Below are positions 1 to 9,816 of a stretch of DNA of 64,000 nt, in pieces (the stretch's first letter is position 1; every line of letters starts with the position of its first letter). A program made the position numbers and the translations under genes. Where the stretch lies: positions 1-64,000 of the forward strand of contig CAXXUA010000007.1 in NCBI GenBank assembly GCA_963663765.2, given 5' to 3'. Source of the DNA: Candidatus Poribacteria bacterium. GTDB lineage: Bacteria > Poribacteria > WGA-4E > WGA-3G. The notes below the pieces were generated by a model, which was not told where the DNA came from, searched no databases, and was given only the letters and a program-made list of their open reading frames with translations.

Positions 1-270
1 CCATCTAATGAATTAAATAATTTCACAATATCAAATCCATACTATATATCAGAATAAGAACACTATTATGTGTTAACACTTATACAGGTTTCACGTTAAA
101 TCTTCATAGAACATTAAGTCATACATACATTTTAAGTTATAGTCTATGATTGTGTCAAAATTATTTACAAATCCGAGATCATTCACGTTAATCAATACTT
201 CAAATAAGGTTGATTTTTTAAAATGAATGTGTGAAAATGTTTATATTGATTCTGTTAGGAGGAAATAAAA

Positions 271-777
271 ATGAATACCGAAAATCTACGCTTAGCATTT
301 ACGAAATCCAAGGACATTACACTCAGTTTTCTTGGTGGCATGCTATCAAACACACGTGTTGAACCGATCCGTGAAGACGAAGACGTTATGGGAATTAAGG
401 CATCTTGGATTGGAAATCAAGGGGATAGTAGCATCGCGGTGGATACAGGTGAAATGAACGCAAAAGTAAAGATGGAAACTGACGATCCACCGACTTTAGA
501 ATATGTGCAACAAGGTGAATCGCGTAGTGTTTCTATCAAAAATATCAACAATATCACCTGCACAATGGATAGCGAAACATTAGATGAGTTTGTTTCACCG
601 AGAGGGGCAGCAATCGCTGTTTGTGCTGGAGCAGCAGCTGGTTTAGTCGGTTGGTTCGTTGTTTCTGTAATGCGTGCTATCGCAGTTGCTGCTAATGAAG
701 AAAACGCATCAACACCTGCAGCTATTCCTACTCAGGAAGATCAATCGGTTGATGATGCACCATCTGATGACGAATGA
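271..777 (+). CDS. Hypothetical protein with one C-terminal TM helix and acidic tail
   Basis: 168-aa ORF, AGGAGG RBS upstream, hydrophobic AAIAVCAGAAAGLVGWFVVSV segment; ATGA overlap with next gene. Confidence 0.7.
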   Translation: MNTENLRLAFTKSKDITLSFLGGMLSNTRVEPIREDEDVMGIKASWIGNQGDSSIAVDTGEMNAKVKMETDDPPTLEYVQQGESRSVSIKNINNITCTMDSETLDEFVSPRGAAIAVCAGAAAGLVGWFVVSVMRAIAVAANEENASTPAAIPTQEDQSVDDAPSDDE

Positions 778-1967
778 AAATTGTTGCTGTAGATCCATTC
801 TATCTGCGGATGTCTGAGATTACAAACGCAGCAGATGGCACACAAGACACACTCATAATCCGTATTCGCACAGATTCTGGACTTGAAGGGTGGGGAGAAT
901 GTGATGCTTCACCTTTGGTCAGCATAGCAGTGTATTGCTGTCCGATGTCGCATGGAAACATCATCAATATCCGTGAATCCTTGCTTGGTGAAACACTTGA
1001 TAAACCTGAAGATGTGCTACGGTTGAACAAAAAAGTCCTGCGAAATGCGTTAGATATACAACATATTCAACACGCTTATAGTGGTGCTGAAATAGCATTG
1101 TGGGATCTCATCGGCAAAACGTTAGAAAAACCTGTTTACCAAATCCTTGCTGAGATTACTGAAACACAAAGTAAACCCTATCCGAAGTTGCCTTATGCAT
1201 CAGTTCTATTTGGGGATACACCAGAATCCACCTATCAAATTGCAGTGGGATTGCGTAAACAAGGATACATCGCTGCTAAGTTCGGATGGGGACCCATGGG
1301 TAAACACGGTGAAGAAAATGACATTGCCCTTGTCCGGGCTGCCCGCGAAGGTATGGGAACTGAGTCACAGATAATGATTGACGCAGGTGTCGTGTGGGGC
1401 ACCGACTATGAATCCGCATACAACCGTGCTAATGTGTTTGCCGAATTTTCTCCGACATGGTTAGAAGAACCCCTTGCACCAGATGCAATAACTGCTTACA
1501 AGGCACTCACGGACAAAAATCCACGTGTCCCGATTGCTGCAGGTGAAGGGTCAAGTACCTACCGTATGGCAGAAGACATTGTCGTCAACGGCGGTGTCAA
1601 TTTTATTCAAATTGACACTGGACGTATAGGAGGTATCATGTCCTCCTTTCAAGTAAGAAAGTTAGCTGAACAGCATGGCATACAGTATGTCAACCACACC
1701 TTTAAAAGCCATCTTAGCCTTGCTGCTGCACTGCATGTCTTTGCTACGAATCCCGATTTCAACCTATTGGAATTTCCTGCTGCAAATTCTGAACTATCTC
1801 AGAGCATAGTAAAGCATCCTTTTGAAGTTGATCCTGACGGATTAGTTCGCGTTAAGGACAGTCCCGGTCTCGGTGTGGATGTTGATACTGATGCTATTCG
1901 TCCATTTCTTGCACCGGTCAATATTGATGTTGGTTCAGATACAGTTTTTCAACAATCCTCACTATAA
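774..1967 (+). CDS. Mandelate racemase/muconate lactonizing enzyme family (enolase superfamily)
   Basis: GLEGWGE, EIALWDLIGK, metal ligands in IDAG / WLEEP / AAGE, C-terminal PGLGV. Confidence 0.9.
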   Translation: MKIVAVDPFYLRMSEITNAADGTQDTLIIRIRTDSGLEGWGECDASPLVSIAVYCCPMSHGNIINIRESLLGETLDKPEDVLRLNKKVLRNALDIQHIQHAYSGAEIALWDLIGKTLEKPVYQILAEITETQSKPYPKLPYASVLFGDTPESTYQIAVGLRKQGYIAAKFGWGPMGKHGEENDIALVRAAREGMGTESQIMIDAGVVWGTDYESAYNRANVFAEFSPTWLEEPLAPDAITAYKALTDKNPRVPIAAGEGSSTYRMAEDIVVNGGVNFIQIDTGRIGGIMSSFQVRKLAEQHGIQYVNHTFKSHLSLAAALHVFATNPDFNLLEFPAANSELSQSIVKHPFEVDPDGLVRVKDSPGLGVDVDTDAIRPFLAPVNIDVGSDTVFQQSSL

Positions 1968-1991
1968 CATTACCATATCTATGCTGAATTA

Positions 1992-2310
1992 ACGTGAGTT
2001 TGATAATCAAAAACTGGTAAATAGAGAACCCCTTTGTTATTATGAAGTATACCAAATACTTACATAAGGAGTTCTCTGATGGAGATCATAACACTTTTCT
2101 GTATAATTGAAGATTTTTTTCTTGCATATCTACTATATATAAAGCAAAACACCAGTTACCAGAAATACCCGGGATAAGCAATACCCGTGGCAGACCCAGG
2201 TGTTTTCATCCGAGCGAAGTTATGACAATACTTATTCATTTTCATCAACATAAGTGTAAAAACTTTAAGACCTATTATCAAGAGCATGTCTGTAGCAACC
2301 TCCGTTATAA
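1992..2310 (+). mobile_element. Truncated, frameshifted IS982-family transposase remnant with left end
   Basis: End ACGTGAGTTTGATAA at 1992; AAGGAG RBS then ATG 2079 MEIITLFCIIEDFF; after a frameshift near 2140 reads RGRPRCFHPSEVMTILIHFHQHKCKNFKTYYQEHV, typical IS982 N-terminal motifs. Confidence 0.75.
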
Positions 2311-2349
2311 TAGGAGATGCGACCGTCCTGGAATTTTAATATACAATTG

Positions 2350-3420
2350 ATGAAACAGATAATACAAAAACCTGAAGATTTTATTGTTGAGGAAATACCA
2401 AAATATGAACCTTCAGGTGTTGGCACACACACATTCTTTGCAATCTGCAAACGGAATATTGGTACTTTGGATGCAATTCGCCAAATATCACGTGTACTTA
2501 ATGTGAAACCCAGTAGTATCGGGTACGCTGGATTGAAGGATAAGCATGCGGTGACAACACAAGTAATATCTGTAGAAGCGATTCCCCCCGAACAAGTGCT
2601 AACTATAGAACTACCAGGAATTGACGTTTTATGGGCAAAACGACATCCCCACAAATTACGTATAGGACATTTGCGTGGTAATCGGTTTGAGATCACATTG
2701 CGGGATGTCTCCATAAATACAATGCCAGTAATTGAAGCAAAAATGAGGAAGTTAGCAACGCAAGGCGTTCCAAATCGGTATGGTTCACAGCGATTCGGTA
2801 AAAAGCACAATACACATCTTATTGGCAAGGCAATGGTGAATAGTGAATGGGATGAGGTAATTGACTACCTACTTGAAGATGGAGCATCATATATAAGAGT
2901 ACAGCTAAAGACTGAGAGAGAACGGCACTCGCCAGAAAAGACAATCACATACATTCCCCATCGGTTACGCAAGTTGTATCTGTCCGCTTATCAAGCGTTT
3001 CTGTTTAATCGGATTTTGGAAAAACGTTCTCCAAATTTAGCAGAACTTCTGGATGGGGATATTGCAATAAAGCACAGTAACGGCGCACCGTTCCATGTTG
3101 AAAATGCTATAATTGAACAACCACGAGCAGACGCCTTTGAGATTAGTCCTTCCGGTCCTATCTTTGGTTTCAAAATGCGACAGCCAACAGGACAGATGCA
3201 GGAGTTGGAGTCTGAACTTCTTGCTGAAGAGATGGTGGAACCCACAGCATTTCGCAAAGTAACAGGAATTCGGTTACAAGGAACACGACGACCCCTTCGC
3301 ATACAGATGGAAGTACATCAAGTAAAATCTATAGACGACAGGTTACAACTTTGCTTTACCCTACCAGCTGGAGGATACGCAACAGTCGTATTAGAAGAAC
3401 TCAGCGATTGTTTGATTTGA
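2350..3420 (+). CDS. truD: tRNA pseudouridine(13) synthase TruD
   Basis: PEDFIVEE, YAGLKDKHAVT, GHLRGNRF, PNRYGSQRFG, FTLPAGGYAT; start 2350 preferred over 2317. Confidence 0.95.
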   Translation: MKQIIQKPEDFIVEEIPKYEPSGVGTHTFFAICKRNIGTLDAIRQISRVLNVKPSSIGYAGLKDKHAVTTQVISVEAIPPEQVLTIELPGIDVLWAKRHPHKLRIGHLRGNRFEITLRDVSINTMPVIEAKMRKLATQGVPNRYGSQRFGKKHNTHLIGKAMVNSEWDEVIDYLLEDGASYIRVQLKTERERHSPEKTITYIPHRLRKLYLSAYQAFLFNRILEKRSPNLAELLDGDIAIKHSNGAPFHVENAIIEQPRADAFEISPSGPIFGFKMRQPTGQMQELESELLAEEMVEPTAFRKVTGIRLQGTRRPLRIQMEVHQVKSIDDRLQLCFTLPAGGYATVVLEELSDCLI

Positions 3421-3953
3421 GTTCATGGATCTATGGTAGATTAAGGACATTTCAACAATAGAATCCCAATAGATTATACATGATTTCTATTGTTCTCAAA
3501 ACAAAAAACACAACAAACCCACACTACCATAAGGTATAATATAATCCATACACACAAATGAAATCCAAACTTTTAGTCTAATACAAACAAAGCGCACCAA
3601 AATCACAGGTAGACAAATCAAAGAACAAAATGCAGCTGACAAGCCCAGAATAAATTCAAAAATACACAAACAAAAAACAACAAAAAACCCATTTAGTTGT
3701 TTTTTTCAAAATTATGTAAATTCATAAAACCTTCATAAACCCAGACCACAACACGATCGAAAATACTTATAAAAAACACGAAAAAAACAACTAAATAATT
3801 CCACGGTGAGGACACAATACACAAATTGGAGACATTCAATTGTAGATTAATCACATACGCTAATAATATATATTGTTGTAGATGGGGAAAATTGGGGTTG
3901 AAAACTTCTACTACAATAGTACATTTCAACAATTGAATACCTCTGTGGTGAAG

Positions 3954-4134
3954 GGATGTGTAAAGTTTCTGTCACTATATGCGTCAATTTAGAAATTTCA
4001 TATTTCCTTTTTTTACGGAATCGCTGATTTGACGAAATCCGATATTTCGTACACACGCTGCGAAATCCGATATTCGGAAGCACTCCGCGAAATCCGCAAT
4101 TCAGACAGAAAGGTGACAAAAACTTTACATACTC
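3954..4134. mobile_element. MITE with ISKra4/ISLre2-type ends
   Basis: GGATGTGTAAAGTTTCTGTCAC ... GTGACAAAAACTTTACATACTC, each 2 mismatches from the TIR of the IS at 8359-9816; no clear TSD. Confidence 0.75.
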
Positions 4135-4211
4135 ATGCTAAACTCAATGCTTGTATTCTTGCTTAATATAGGATATACTAAACATCGGTATTGATCATTA
4201 CACTCGCGTTG

Positions 4212-4361
4212 GTAGGAGCGACCTCCTGGTCGCGACTGTATTGATACATTGTCTCCATACGGACCCGACTGGGAGATCGCTCCTTTCAACGCAGCGGATG
4301 GTCGTGCCTGGAAGGTCGTTCCTACAGAAGACGCGTATAATTAATTCAATAATTCACCATA
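4212..4361. repeat. Inverted pair of GTAG-type REP hairpins followed by an IS630-like MITE end
   Basis: GTAGGAGCGACC ... GGTCGTTCCTAC; right end GTATAATTAATTCAATAATTCACCATA resembles the end at 15790-15817. Confidence 0.55.
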
Positions 4362-4397
4362 TATAAGATTCAGTCTGAAAACACAAAGGCGTTAAAG

Positions 4398-7300
4398 ATG
4401 AACATACTGCATGAATTAAATGAAAAACAGGTGGAGGCAGTAATTCACAAGAATGGTCCAATCCTTGTGATCGCTGGACCAGGTACTGGCAAAACAAAGG
4501 TTATCACCCATCGTATCGCACATTTAATACGACAACACAAGGTCAAGCCGGAAAGTATCCTTGCAATCACTTTCACAAATAAAGCAGCAGAAGAGATGCG
4601 GGATCGTGTGAACAAGGAAATCGGTGAACCACACGGTTCCAATATTCATGTCAGTACCTTCCACGCTTTTTGTGTGAAAGCACTACGAGAACATGCACAA
4701 CATATCAATTTGAGTGAAAACTTCGCTATATTCGATCAGGAAATCCAAGACGAAATCATAGCAGAGGTTGTCCGTGAACTGAATCTCAATCCTAATGTCT
4801 ATCCAACATGGTTACTCCGTAATGTCCTAAGTGAAACAAAGTGTAATAATGACAAATCACCAGATGAAGTGTTGCATAATGTAGAAACGATCTCTGAAAT
4901 TGATGATCCGGATGCAATAGCAAGCATAAAAAGTATTCTAAATGCTTATCAAGAGAAACTTGATGAATACAATGCACTTGATTTTGATGATTTACTAATA
5001 AAAACAATGACACTTCTCAAGCAGTCACCAGATGTGCAACAGGAATATCACAAGTCAATCTCACATATCCTTGTTGATGAATATCATGATGTAAATAGCG
5101 TGCAATACCGTCTCTTACAACTCCTCTGTGATCCATCAACACAGAATCTGATGGTGGTTGCAGACGAGGATCAATCCATCTACAGTTGGCGTGGATCCAA
5201 TCCGCAGTATATTGCAGATTTCAAGACAGACTATACTCCACACATTGTAACATTAGACGACCACTATCGGTGTAGTGAGACAATTTTACATGCTGCACAG
5301 GAAGTCATCGCAAAGAATCCACTAAGGCAGCAGCAACATGTCCTTAAACCCCACAAGGACGAGGGACGCACAATATACCATTACACATTCACGACACCTA
5401 CAGAAGAAGCGCGCTCTATCATAAAGATCATCCGTAACTTAGTTAAACAGCGCAAGGTCTCGTATCGGGATATTGCTATTTTCTATCGTACGCATAGACT
5501 CGCGGATGTCTTAGAAGAACAGTTATACCGAACCGGTATCAGGTTTCAGCGAATCAGGTCAACTAACACATTTGACGATGTATATTTAAAAGGGTTTCTT
5601 TCCTATCTCTGTTTAGTGCAATGGCAACTCCCGCGCGACTTGGAATATGCAATCAATTTTCCTGAAAAACGAATTGACGACCTAACTTGGGTACGACTCA
5701 AATGGTTAGCACAACGCAAAGACCTGACCTTAGTTGAACTTTTGAAAGATATAGACTCATATAAAGAAGATGTCGGTCCTTTGACACGTAAAAATATAAT
5801 TCAATTCTGGCATGAACTTGACACACTGAGAGAAAAAACTGAAGACCACAATATTGAATCTATTGAACAGATGTTAACATCAAGATTAGAACTTTTTCGT
5901 TCACCCTACCGAGCTAAAGAGTTGTCAATTATTGAAAACCAACCAGAGTTAACGAAATTGGGTTTAGCACAAGATGTGTTATATAGTGCACTTGATCGTG
6001 GTGAAGCCATACAAGTCACCGCAAGGTATGGAATTGACGAATACTGTGCAGCTCTTATTTTTAGTGAGACCCTAAAGACTTATTTAAATCAGGATGTACA
6101 TATCCAATTCCTACCAAAAAACATTTCTGTTAAATCTGATGAAAGCAATTCAATGAAGTCAGATAGCAAGGAAAGTGTTCAATTGCTTAAACACAATGCA
6201 GTCAATTTACTTATAGGAGAGTTCGGTGAACTTGGTGAGGGAAATCAGGAATCAAGAACAATACTGATCGGTACAACCCAATCTGAAGAATCAGGTGCGA
6301 TTCAACTACAATCCGAAGGTGTCCGTAGTATCGCTGCACTCAAGTTGTGTCAGCGGCTATTGAGTCGCTTTGAAACGCCAAACATGTCTGACATGGTTAT
6401 CTATGACTTGGAAACTACAGGTGTCAATCCGAAAAGCGCAAACATTGTTGAGATAGCAGCGAAACGACTGAACGTAATTGGTAATGAAATTGAAAGCTAC
6501 CACCGTTTGGTTAAGCCTCCCGGTGGTTACATACCGCGATCCGTCACGCGTGTGCACGGCATTAGTACAGAGGGTGTCAAGAATGAACCGAGTATAGAGA
6601 TAGTACTCCCAGAATTTTGTAGTTTCATACAAGACCGTATCCTAATAGGACATAATGTCGCGCGGTATGATAACCCAATTCTTGAACGTGACCTACAAAC
6701 ATATCTCAAGAGGAATCTGAGAAATCCCCATTACGACACCTTAATTACAGCGCGTAAACTCCTTCCAAGACAACGGCACAGCATTGAAGCACTTGCCGAA
6801 AAATTTAGTATTCAACATGGCAAGTTGCATAGGGCTATGAAAGATGTTGAGGCAAATAGACTCATCTTTAAGCAGTTGATAAAAACCGATTTGCAGAAGC
6901 GGGAGGTAAAATCTCTAACTGAATTTCTACCACTTATTGGTGTAGCAATTCATGCAAAAGCAGCTGTTCCTGACGAACGTATCACCAACACCGAAATAAG
7001 TGCGTTCCTAAATGCTGCAAAACGATATGTAAAAGCATACCATACCAACTTGTTTGACGAACTACCGCTTGAATCAGTTGAAAAGGAACAGATAACTGAA
7101 TTCATAGATCTTTTGAGTCAATCTGATGTGCCGATTCTACGGGAAGATACTGAATGGTTAGAAGCAAGAGCGAAGTTCCGAAATCTCGTTATGAAGTTTA
7201 AAAAGGTCGGAACTGGCAGTAGTCTTTCTGATTTTTTGGATTACCAGAAACTCCTAACCAATTTTGATGAACTTGATGATAACGCAGAACTGGTTACTCT

Positions 7301-7583
7301 CATGACACTACATGCAGCGAAAGGCACAGAATTTCCTGTTGTAATCATCATCGGTATGGAGGAAGGAAGTTTCCCTATGTGGAAACAGGGTATGACCGAA
7401 GAAGAAATTGAGGAGGAACGCCGGCTGTTTTATGTTGGTATGACCCGCGCACAAGATCAACTCTATCTCTCATCTACAAACTATCGCTATGGTGACCGTG
7501 AACTTGCAACGTCCATGTTTGTGCGAGAAATGCCATCTGAGTATGTACGTAAATGGAGCCCGCGCAGTAGCAATCTAAGTTAA
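4398..7583 (+). CDS. UvrD/PcrA-family SF1 helicase with inserted DEDDh (DnaQ-like) exonuclease domain
   Basis: AGPGTGKT, VDEYHD, QSIYSWRG, TLHAAKGTEF, EEERRLFYVGMTRA; internal IYDLETTG, GHNVARYD, HRAMKDV. Confidence 0.9.
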   Translation: MNILHELNEKQVEAVIHKNGPILVIAGPGTGKTKVITHRIAHLIRQHKVKPESILAITFTNKAAEEMRDRVNKEIGEPHGSNIHVSTFHAFCVKALREHAQHINLSENFAIFDQEIQDEIIAEVVRELNLNPNVYPTWLLRNVLSETKCNNDKSPDEVLHNVETISEIDDPDAIASIKSILNAYQEKLDEYNALDFDDLLIKTMTLLKQSPDVQQEYHKSISHILVDEYHDVNSVQYRLLQLLCDPSTQNLMVVADEDQSIYSWRGSNPQYIADFKTDYTPHIVTLDDHYRCSETILHAAQEVIAKNPLRQQQHVLKPHKDEGRTIYHYTFTTPTEEARSIIKIIRNLVKQRKVSYRDIAIFYRTHRLADVLEEQLYRTGIRFQRIRSTNTFDDVYLKGFLSYLCLVQWQLPRDLEYAINFPEKRIDDLTWVRLKWLAQRKDLTLVELLKDIDSYKEDVGPLTRKNIIQFWHELDTLREKTEDHNIESIEQMLTSRLELFRSPYRAKELSIIENQPELTKLGLAQDVLYSALDRGEAIQVTARYGIDEYCAALIFSETLKTYLNQDVHIQFLPKNISVKSDESNSMKSDSKESVQLLKHNAVNLLIGEFGELGEGNQESRTILIGTTQSEESGAIQLQSEGVRSIAALKLCQRLLSRFETPNMSDMVIYDLETTGVNPKSANIVEIAAKRLNVIGNEIESYHRLVKPPGGYIPRSVTRVHGISTEGVKNEPSIEIVLPEFCSFIQDRILIGHNVARYDNPILERDLQTYLKRNLRNPHYDTLITARKLLPRQRHSIEALAEKFSIQHGKLHRAMKDVEANRLIFKQLIKTDLQKREVKSLTEFLPLIGVAIHAKAAVPDERITNTEISAFLNAAKRYVKAYHTNLFDELPLESVEKEQITEFIDLLSQSDVPILREDTEWLEARAKFRNLVMKFKKVGTGSSLSDFLDYQKLLTNFDELDDNAELVTLMTLHAAKGTEFPVVIIIGMEEGSFPMWKQGMTEEEIEEERRLFYVGMTRAQDQLYLSSTNYRYGDRELATSMFVREMPSEYVRKWSPRSSNLS

Positions 7584-7665
7584 GGTTATCTAAAGGGTAG
7601 GTATACTTTATAAACCTAAAATACTGTATGTAATTTTGAAAGGTAATTTATACAAGAATAAAAAA

Positions 7666-8085
7666 ATGATTAAAATCTCAGACTTGCCAACAATCAATGC
7701 AATATTAAATACAATTAGTGCAAGCCTGTTAGTAATAGGTTATGTGCAAATTCGACTGCGGAAAATTGACACGCATAAGAAATGTATGCTTGCTGCATTT
7801 GGTGTATCTGTCCTTTTTCTGATAAGTTACTGTATATACCATGCAAATGCAGGATCGACGAAGTTCACACAGCAAGGTTGGATACGTCCTGTCTATTTTA
7901 CAATATTGATTTCACACATTGTTTTGGCATTCACGATTGTCCCCTTAGCGTTACGTACACTCTATTTAGCATGGCGTGAAAAGTTTGAAAAGCACCGCCG
8001 CATCGCAAAAATTACCTTTCCAATCTGGTTATATGTATCTGTGACAGGCGTACTAATTTATCTGATGCTATATCAGATGGGTTGA
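7666..8085 (+). CDS. DUF420 family membrane protein
   Basis: LPTINAILN, HKKCML, YFTILISH, HRRIAKITFPIWLYVSVTG. Confidence 0.9.
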   Translation: MIKISDLPTINAILNTISASLLVIGYVQIRLRKIDTHKKCMLAAFGVSVLFLISYCIYHANAGSTKFTQQGWIRPVYFTILISHIVLAFTIVPLALRTLYLAWREKFEKHRRIAKITFPIWLYVSVTGVLIYLMLYQMG

Positions 8086-8358
8086 ACGATAGTGGAAATA
8101 TGTTTTACAGTAGATTATAAGGAGAAATTAAGCTATGAGACCTACACGCGTTTTTATGACAACACTCTTGTTCACTATAACGCTTTTCTCAACCACTTTT
8201 GCACAAAACTACACACAATGGGAATTACCTGAAGGTGCAACGTTACGGCTTGGAAAAGGTAGAATTCATACAAACCGGTTAAACCAATTTCCTCCCTATA
8301 TATTTTCACCAGACAGCACGCAGCTTGCAGTAATGAGTTCAATTGGAATATGGTTATA

Positions 8359-9816
8359 GGGTGTGTAAAGTTTTTGTCACAAGAATGTACTGAATACAGA
8401 TCTTGCTTAGTATTAGGTTAAATGGTATCCTTCTAAAAAACACTTTTTTATCAGAGAGGATACCAATGTTTAGTATATCATTAGCAAGTTGTGAAGTCGA
8501 AGAGTTTAGAGAAGATGCAATCCATTTTGTAGAAAAGATCAATAATGTTTTACACACCCTTAGTTCAGACAGTCTTTATGTAGACGCTATGGAGATAATA
8601 GCCTTAGAGACGATGCGTTCGTTAGGTCAAATGATGTTAGAAATGGGTGTTCTCAAACATTCCGTTGAACAAGTTTCTGGATCTGTTGAATGTCCACAAT
8701 GTCAACAAGCGTGTCGTCCGTATCGTAAAAGAGAACGCCGTATTACGACGCTATGTGGTGTTATTCGTGTTGACCGTTGGGTGTATCGTTGTGCTTCGGG
8801 TCATTATCATTTTCCGTGGGATACGAAAGAAAAGTTGAAAGGTCAATACACACATCGTGTAGCTGAAGTGATGTGTCGTATGTCTGCGCGTCTTGACTTC
8901 AGGGAGGCAGCAGAGGAGTTGTTTCGTCAAGGGATAGAAGTCAGTCATACGACCCTCAATCAAAATGTGCGTGAATGGTCAAAAGCGTTGCGGGATTCAC
9001 AACAAGTGGAAACACAAAAACTTGAGGCAAATCAGCGTTGGTATGTGAGTTGTGATGGATGCCACACCAACTCACAAGAGGGGTGGAAAGAAACCAAAGT
9101 TGGTTGTATTTATAGAGATTATCCACAACCTCCAAATAGTTCTGGTGCGACACCGAGTGCGAGAACACCAAGCATTCGTTATGTTGCGGAGCGTGAGAAT
9201 GCTGCTCATTTCGGTAAAGCGTTGTATAAGTTAGCAACGCAGAGCGGCATCTATCAAGAAGATATAGGCACGCAAGAGGTCGTGTTTATCGGAGATGGAG
9301 CGGCGTGGATATGGAACTTAGCGGCTGAATACTTCCCGAATGCTGTAGAGATTGTGGATTACATGCATGCCAAATCACATCTTTATGATGTGGCTAAAGT
9401 TGCCTTTGGTGAGACAGAAACAGAAGACGTAGAAACTTGGGTCACAGAGACAGAACCCTTTCTTTTTGATGGCAACATTCCAGAAGTTGTCTCACGTATC
9501 CGTGCTTTAGCCACACAGCACCCAGACGTTTGTGAGATTTTAGTAAGAGAAACAGGTTATTTTGAAAAACACGCGAAACGGATGCAATATAAAACGTTTA
9601 GAGATAAGGGGTATCAGGTTGGGAGTGGTGTGATTGAGAGTGCGTGTAAACATGTTGTGGGACAAAGGTGTAAACAAGCTTCTATGAGATGGGAGAAACC
9701 GGGTATTAATGCTGTTCTAAGTTGGAGATGTCTGTTGAAGAATAATGCCTGGGACAGATATTGGTATCCAGACACAAAAGCCGCATAACACTTAGTGACA
9801 AAAACTTTACACACCC
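8359..9816 (+). mobile_element. Intact ISKra4/ISLre2-type (Mutator-like) insertion sequence, 1458 bp
   Basis: Perfect 22-bp TIR GGGTGTGTAAAGTTTTTGTCAC; 9-bp TSD ATGGTTATA (8350-8358, 9817-9825). Confidence 0.95.
8466..9788 (+). CDS. ISKra4/ISLre2-type DDE transposase
   Basis: CPQC, SCDG, IGDGAAWIW, VDYMHA, GSGVIESACK...MRW; GAGGA RBS before ATG 8466. Confidence 0.9.
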   Translation: MFSISLASCEVEEFREDAIHFVEKINNVLHTLSSDSLYVDAMEIIALETMRSLGQMMLEMGVLKHSVEQVSGSVECPQCQQACRPYRKRERRITTLCGVIRVDRWVYRCASGHYHFPWDTKEKLKGQYTHRVAEVMCRMSARLDFREAAEELFRQGIEVSHTTLNQNVREWSKALRDSQQVETQKLEANQRWYVSCDGCHTNSQEGWKETKVGCIYRDYPQPPNSSGATPSARTPSIRYVAERENAAHFGKALYKLATQSGIYQEDIGTQEVVFIGDGAAWIWNLAAEYFPNAVEIVDYMHAKSHLYDVAKVAFGETETEDVETWVTETEPFLFDGNIPEVVSRIRALATQHPDVCEILVRETGYFEKHAKRMQYKTFRDKGYQVGSGVIESACKHVVGQRCKQASMRWEKPGINAVLSWRCLLKNNAWDRYWYPDTKAA

